From Camelus ferus (lineage: Eukaryota): a stretch of 64,000 bases of DNA. Below, piece by piece: positions 62,201 through 64,000 of the stretch (the stretch's first letter is position 1; every line of letters begins with the position of its first letter). The DNA is taken from positions 115,880,001 through 115,944,000 of the forward strand of contig NC_045697.1 of NCBI RefSeq assembly GCF_009834535.1. The letters are read 5' to 3'. Position numbers and translations under genes: made by a program. The notes under the pieces were generated by a model, which was not told where the DNA came from, did no database searches, and worked only from the letters and a program-made list of their open reading frames with translations.

Positions 62201-63779
62201 CATCTTGAGGACAACGTCTGTCCCCTATCCTAATTTTAAGACAGCTGATTATCCATTAGATATAGTCAGCTGGAACAGTGAGCTAGATCTTACAGCCTAA
62301 CTATATATGTTGTCAAATGCAGGGATGAATATTTTGATTGAAACCGGTTCACCATTTGGGCATGGAAGACTGATGTCAAGGAATCCCGGTGGAAGGAGGC
62401 ACTTTTCGCCATCAACACCGAGCCAGTGTGAGTGTGCCCAGAATGAGGAAAAGCCAGCAGCTGGAACCCCAAATTGCCCCACAGCAAGCGCGGCTGTTTC
62501 CCTTCTGCTGTGTATTTCAAGGGTTTCCAGCAGCTTTCAAAACCGTTTAAGAGCCGGGGCAGCCAGCAGCCTCCCGGATCACTGCCAACGGCTGAGCGTT
62601 CTGTTAGAACCAAGCACCCAGGAAGACTGGGCGAAAGCATCTCTATCTGTATTCTGCGCCTCCAGCACAATGTTTCCTTATGGAAATGCACGGCTCAACT
62701 TGAGAATATAAGTTTTGTTTGGAAAGATAAGAGCAAGTCAAGTTTGGCACTCCGAGGAAGTGACTTTTAAACAGCTAGGCACCAAAGCACTGTGGACGGT
62801 GCACGTCAGACTCCAGAACCCAGGGCACTGCATTCATGATGCGGTTACAGCCTCCGTCTCTTTCCATTTGTCAGCCTTTCTTGGAGCCAAACCCTCAATG
62901 CCACCTGCTTTGTGGTTTAAGCTGTCTTTCTGCAAGAATGTCCTAGCCTAAAGTCCTGTGACCATGTCACCGAGAGAGCTCTCTCAGGCTGGATGGGCAC
63001 AGCAGCGTCACTGGGGGATTGGTAGCTTCACTTGGAGTTTTGCAGCACTGATATTCATGTTTATTGTCCGTTCCTTACAGCACCCCTGAGAGGTCAGTGA
63101 GCACTGTTATCCTCAGCATCCAGTGAGGCAGAACAACACACTTGGAATTAGGAAAAGAGGCTGAATTGGGGCTGTTAGCATGCTGTGTAGTCCAGAGACA
63201 CACACTCTCATTGCGAGCAATGCATCAGCAGGAGTCCTGGGGTCCAGACTCAAAGCGAAAGGGAAGATCTCACCAGTATGTTTCCCCAAGCGATCCCTTC
63301 CCACATACGGGGCCAGAGTGGGAACCCTCGCGGTGGTACCCACAGCATCACAACAGGTGTAAGGGGCGGCCACACTCCCCTCCCCAACGTCCGTCCTCAC
63401 CCTCATCCCTTCCCCACACACGCCAGAGACAAAGCCCAGACCCCTACTCTGCAAACCTCCCTCCTTCCCCAACACTCAGACGCACATCGTCACCCATGAC
63501 CAATAACTACAGCACATCTCTAGTTTAGAAACTGTTTCTATTACGTGTCTTTGGAAACTCTCAACAATTTTGGTTTCTTCTCACTTAATTTCTTCCCCTC
63601 CACGCATATGGCAAGTTGTGCTTTTTGAGGCATGTTTTTCCCCTAAGAGACTTTATATTCCCTAAGCTCTTGAATAATGTCAATAGAACTTATTACCAAG
63701 CAAGCGCACTCATTCAAGTAGGATTAGAACTGTTATGATTTAACAAGAAGACAACCTCACAGGGCAGCTCTATTTTCAT

Positions 63780-64000
63780 CCTAAGGGCATGGATTTCAGA
63801 ACTAAAGAGACATGAGTTCAAATCTTTCTCCCTCACTTAAATCGGCTCTGTGACTTTGACGAAATCACTGACCCCCATGGTGGCCTCATTCATAGATCTG
63901 GACCATATAATAGAACTTACGGGGTGATCATGAGAAAATAATAATATATGATATACAGAGAGCTTGACACATATGAGGCGCATAATGTATGAAAATAATT
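63780..64000 (+). mobile_element. MIR relic
   Basis: CATGAGTTCAAATC..CTGTGACTTTG..AAATCACTGACC. Confidence 0.6.

Overview
Mammalian non-coding, repeat-rich genomic DNA, most likely from a camelid (alpaca, llama or camel). The assignment rests on six tRNA-derived SINEs that match my recollection of the camelid Vic-1/VicSINE type, plus lineage-specific L1 3' ends. I find no supportable host protein-coding gene, RNA gene or CRISPR array. The ORF-track peptides I can recognise are decayed L1 ORF1/ORF2 or ERV-L pol fragments. The window holds about a dozen ERV1-class solo LTRs (several nested, with 4-bp TSDs), a fragmented near-full-length L1 (about 10.8-17.65 kb), an ancient two-LTR ERV-L provirus of LTR16/ERV3-16A3 type (about 29.7-35.3 kb), MaLR/MLT LTRs, MIR and L2 relics and a Tigger2-type MITE. 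Repeats lie on both strands, which fits an intergenic region. I cannot support a new biological system. The best leads are a CpG-enriched MIR that may be an exapted regulatory element, an inverted LTR pair, unusual insertion and repair junctions, an orphan insert that may be a retrocopy, and a few candidate lncRNA exons or enhancers. Repeat family names come from recalled consensus sequences, not a database search, and boundaries without a stated TSD are approximate.
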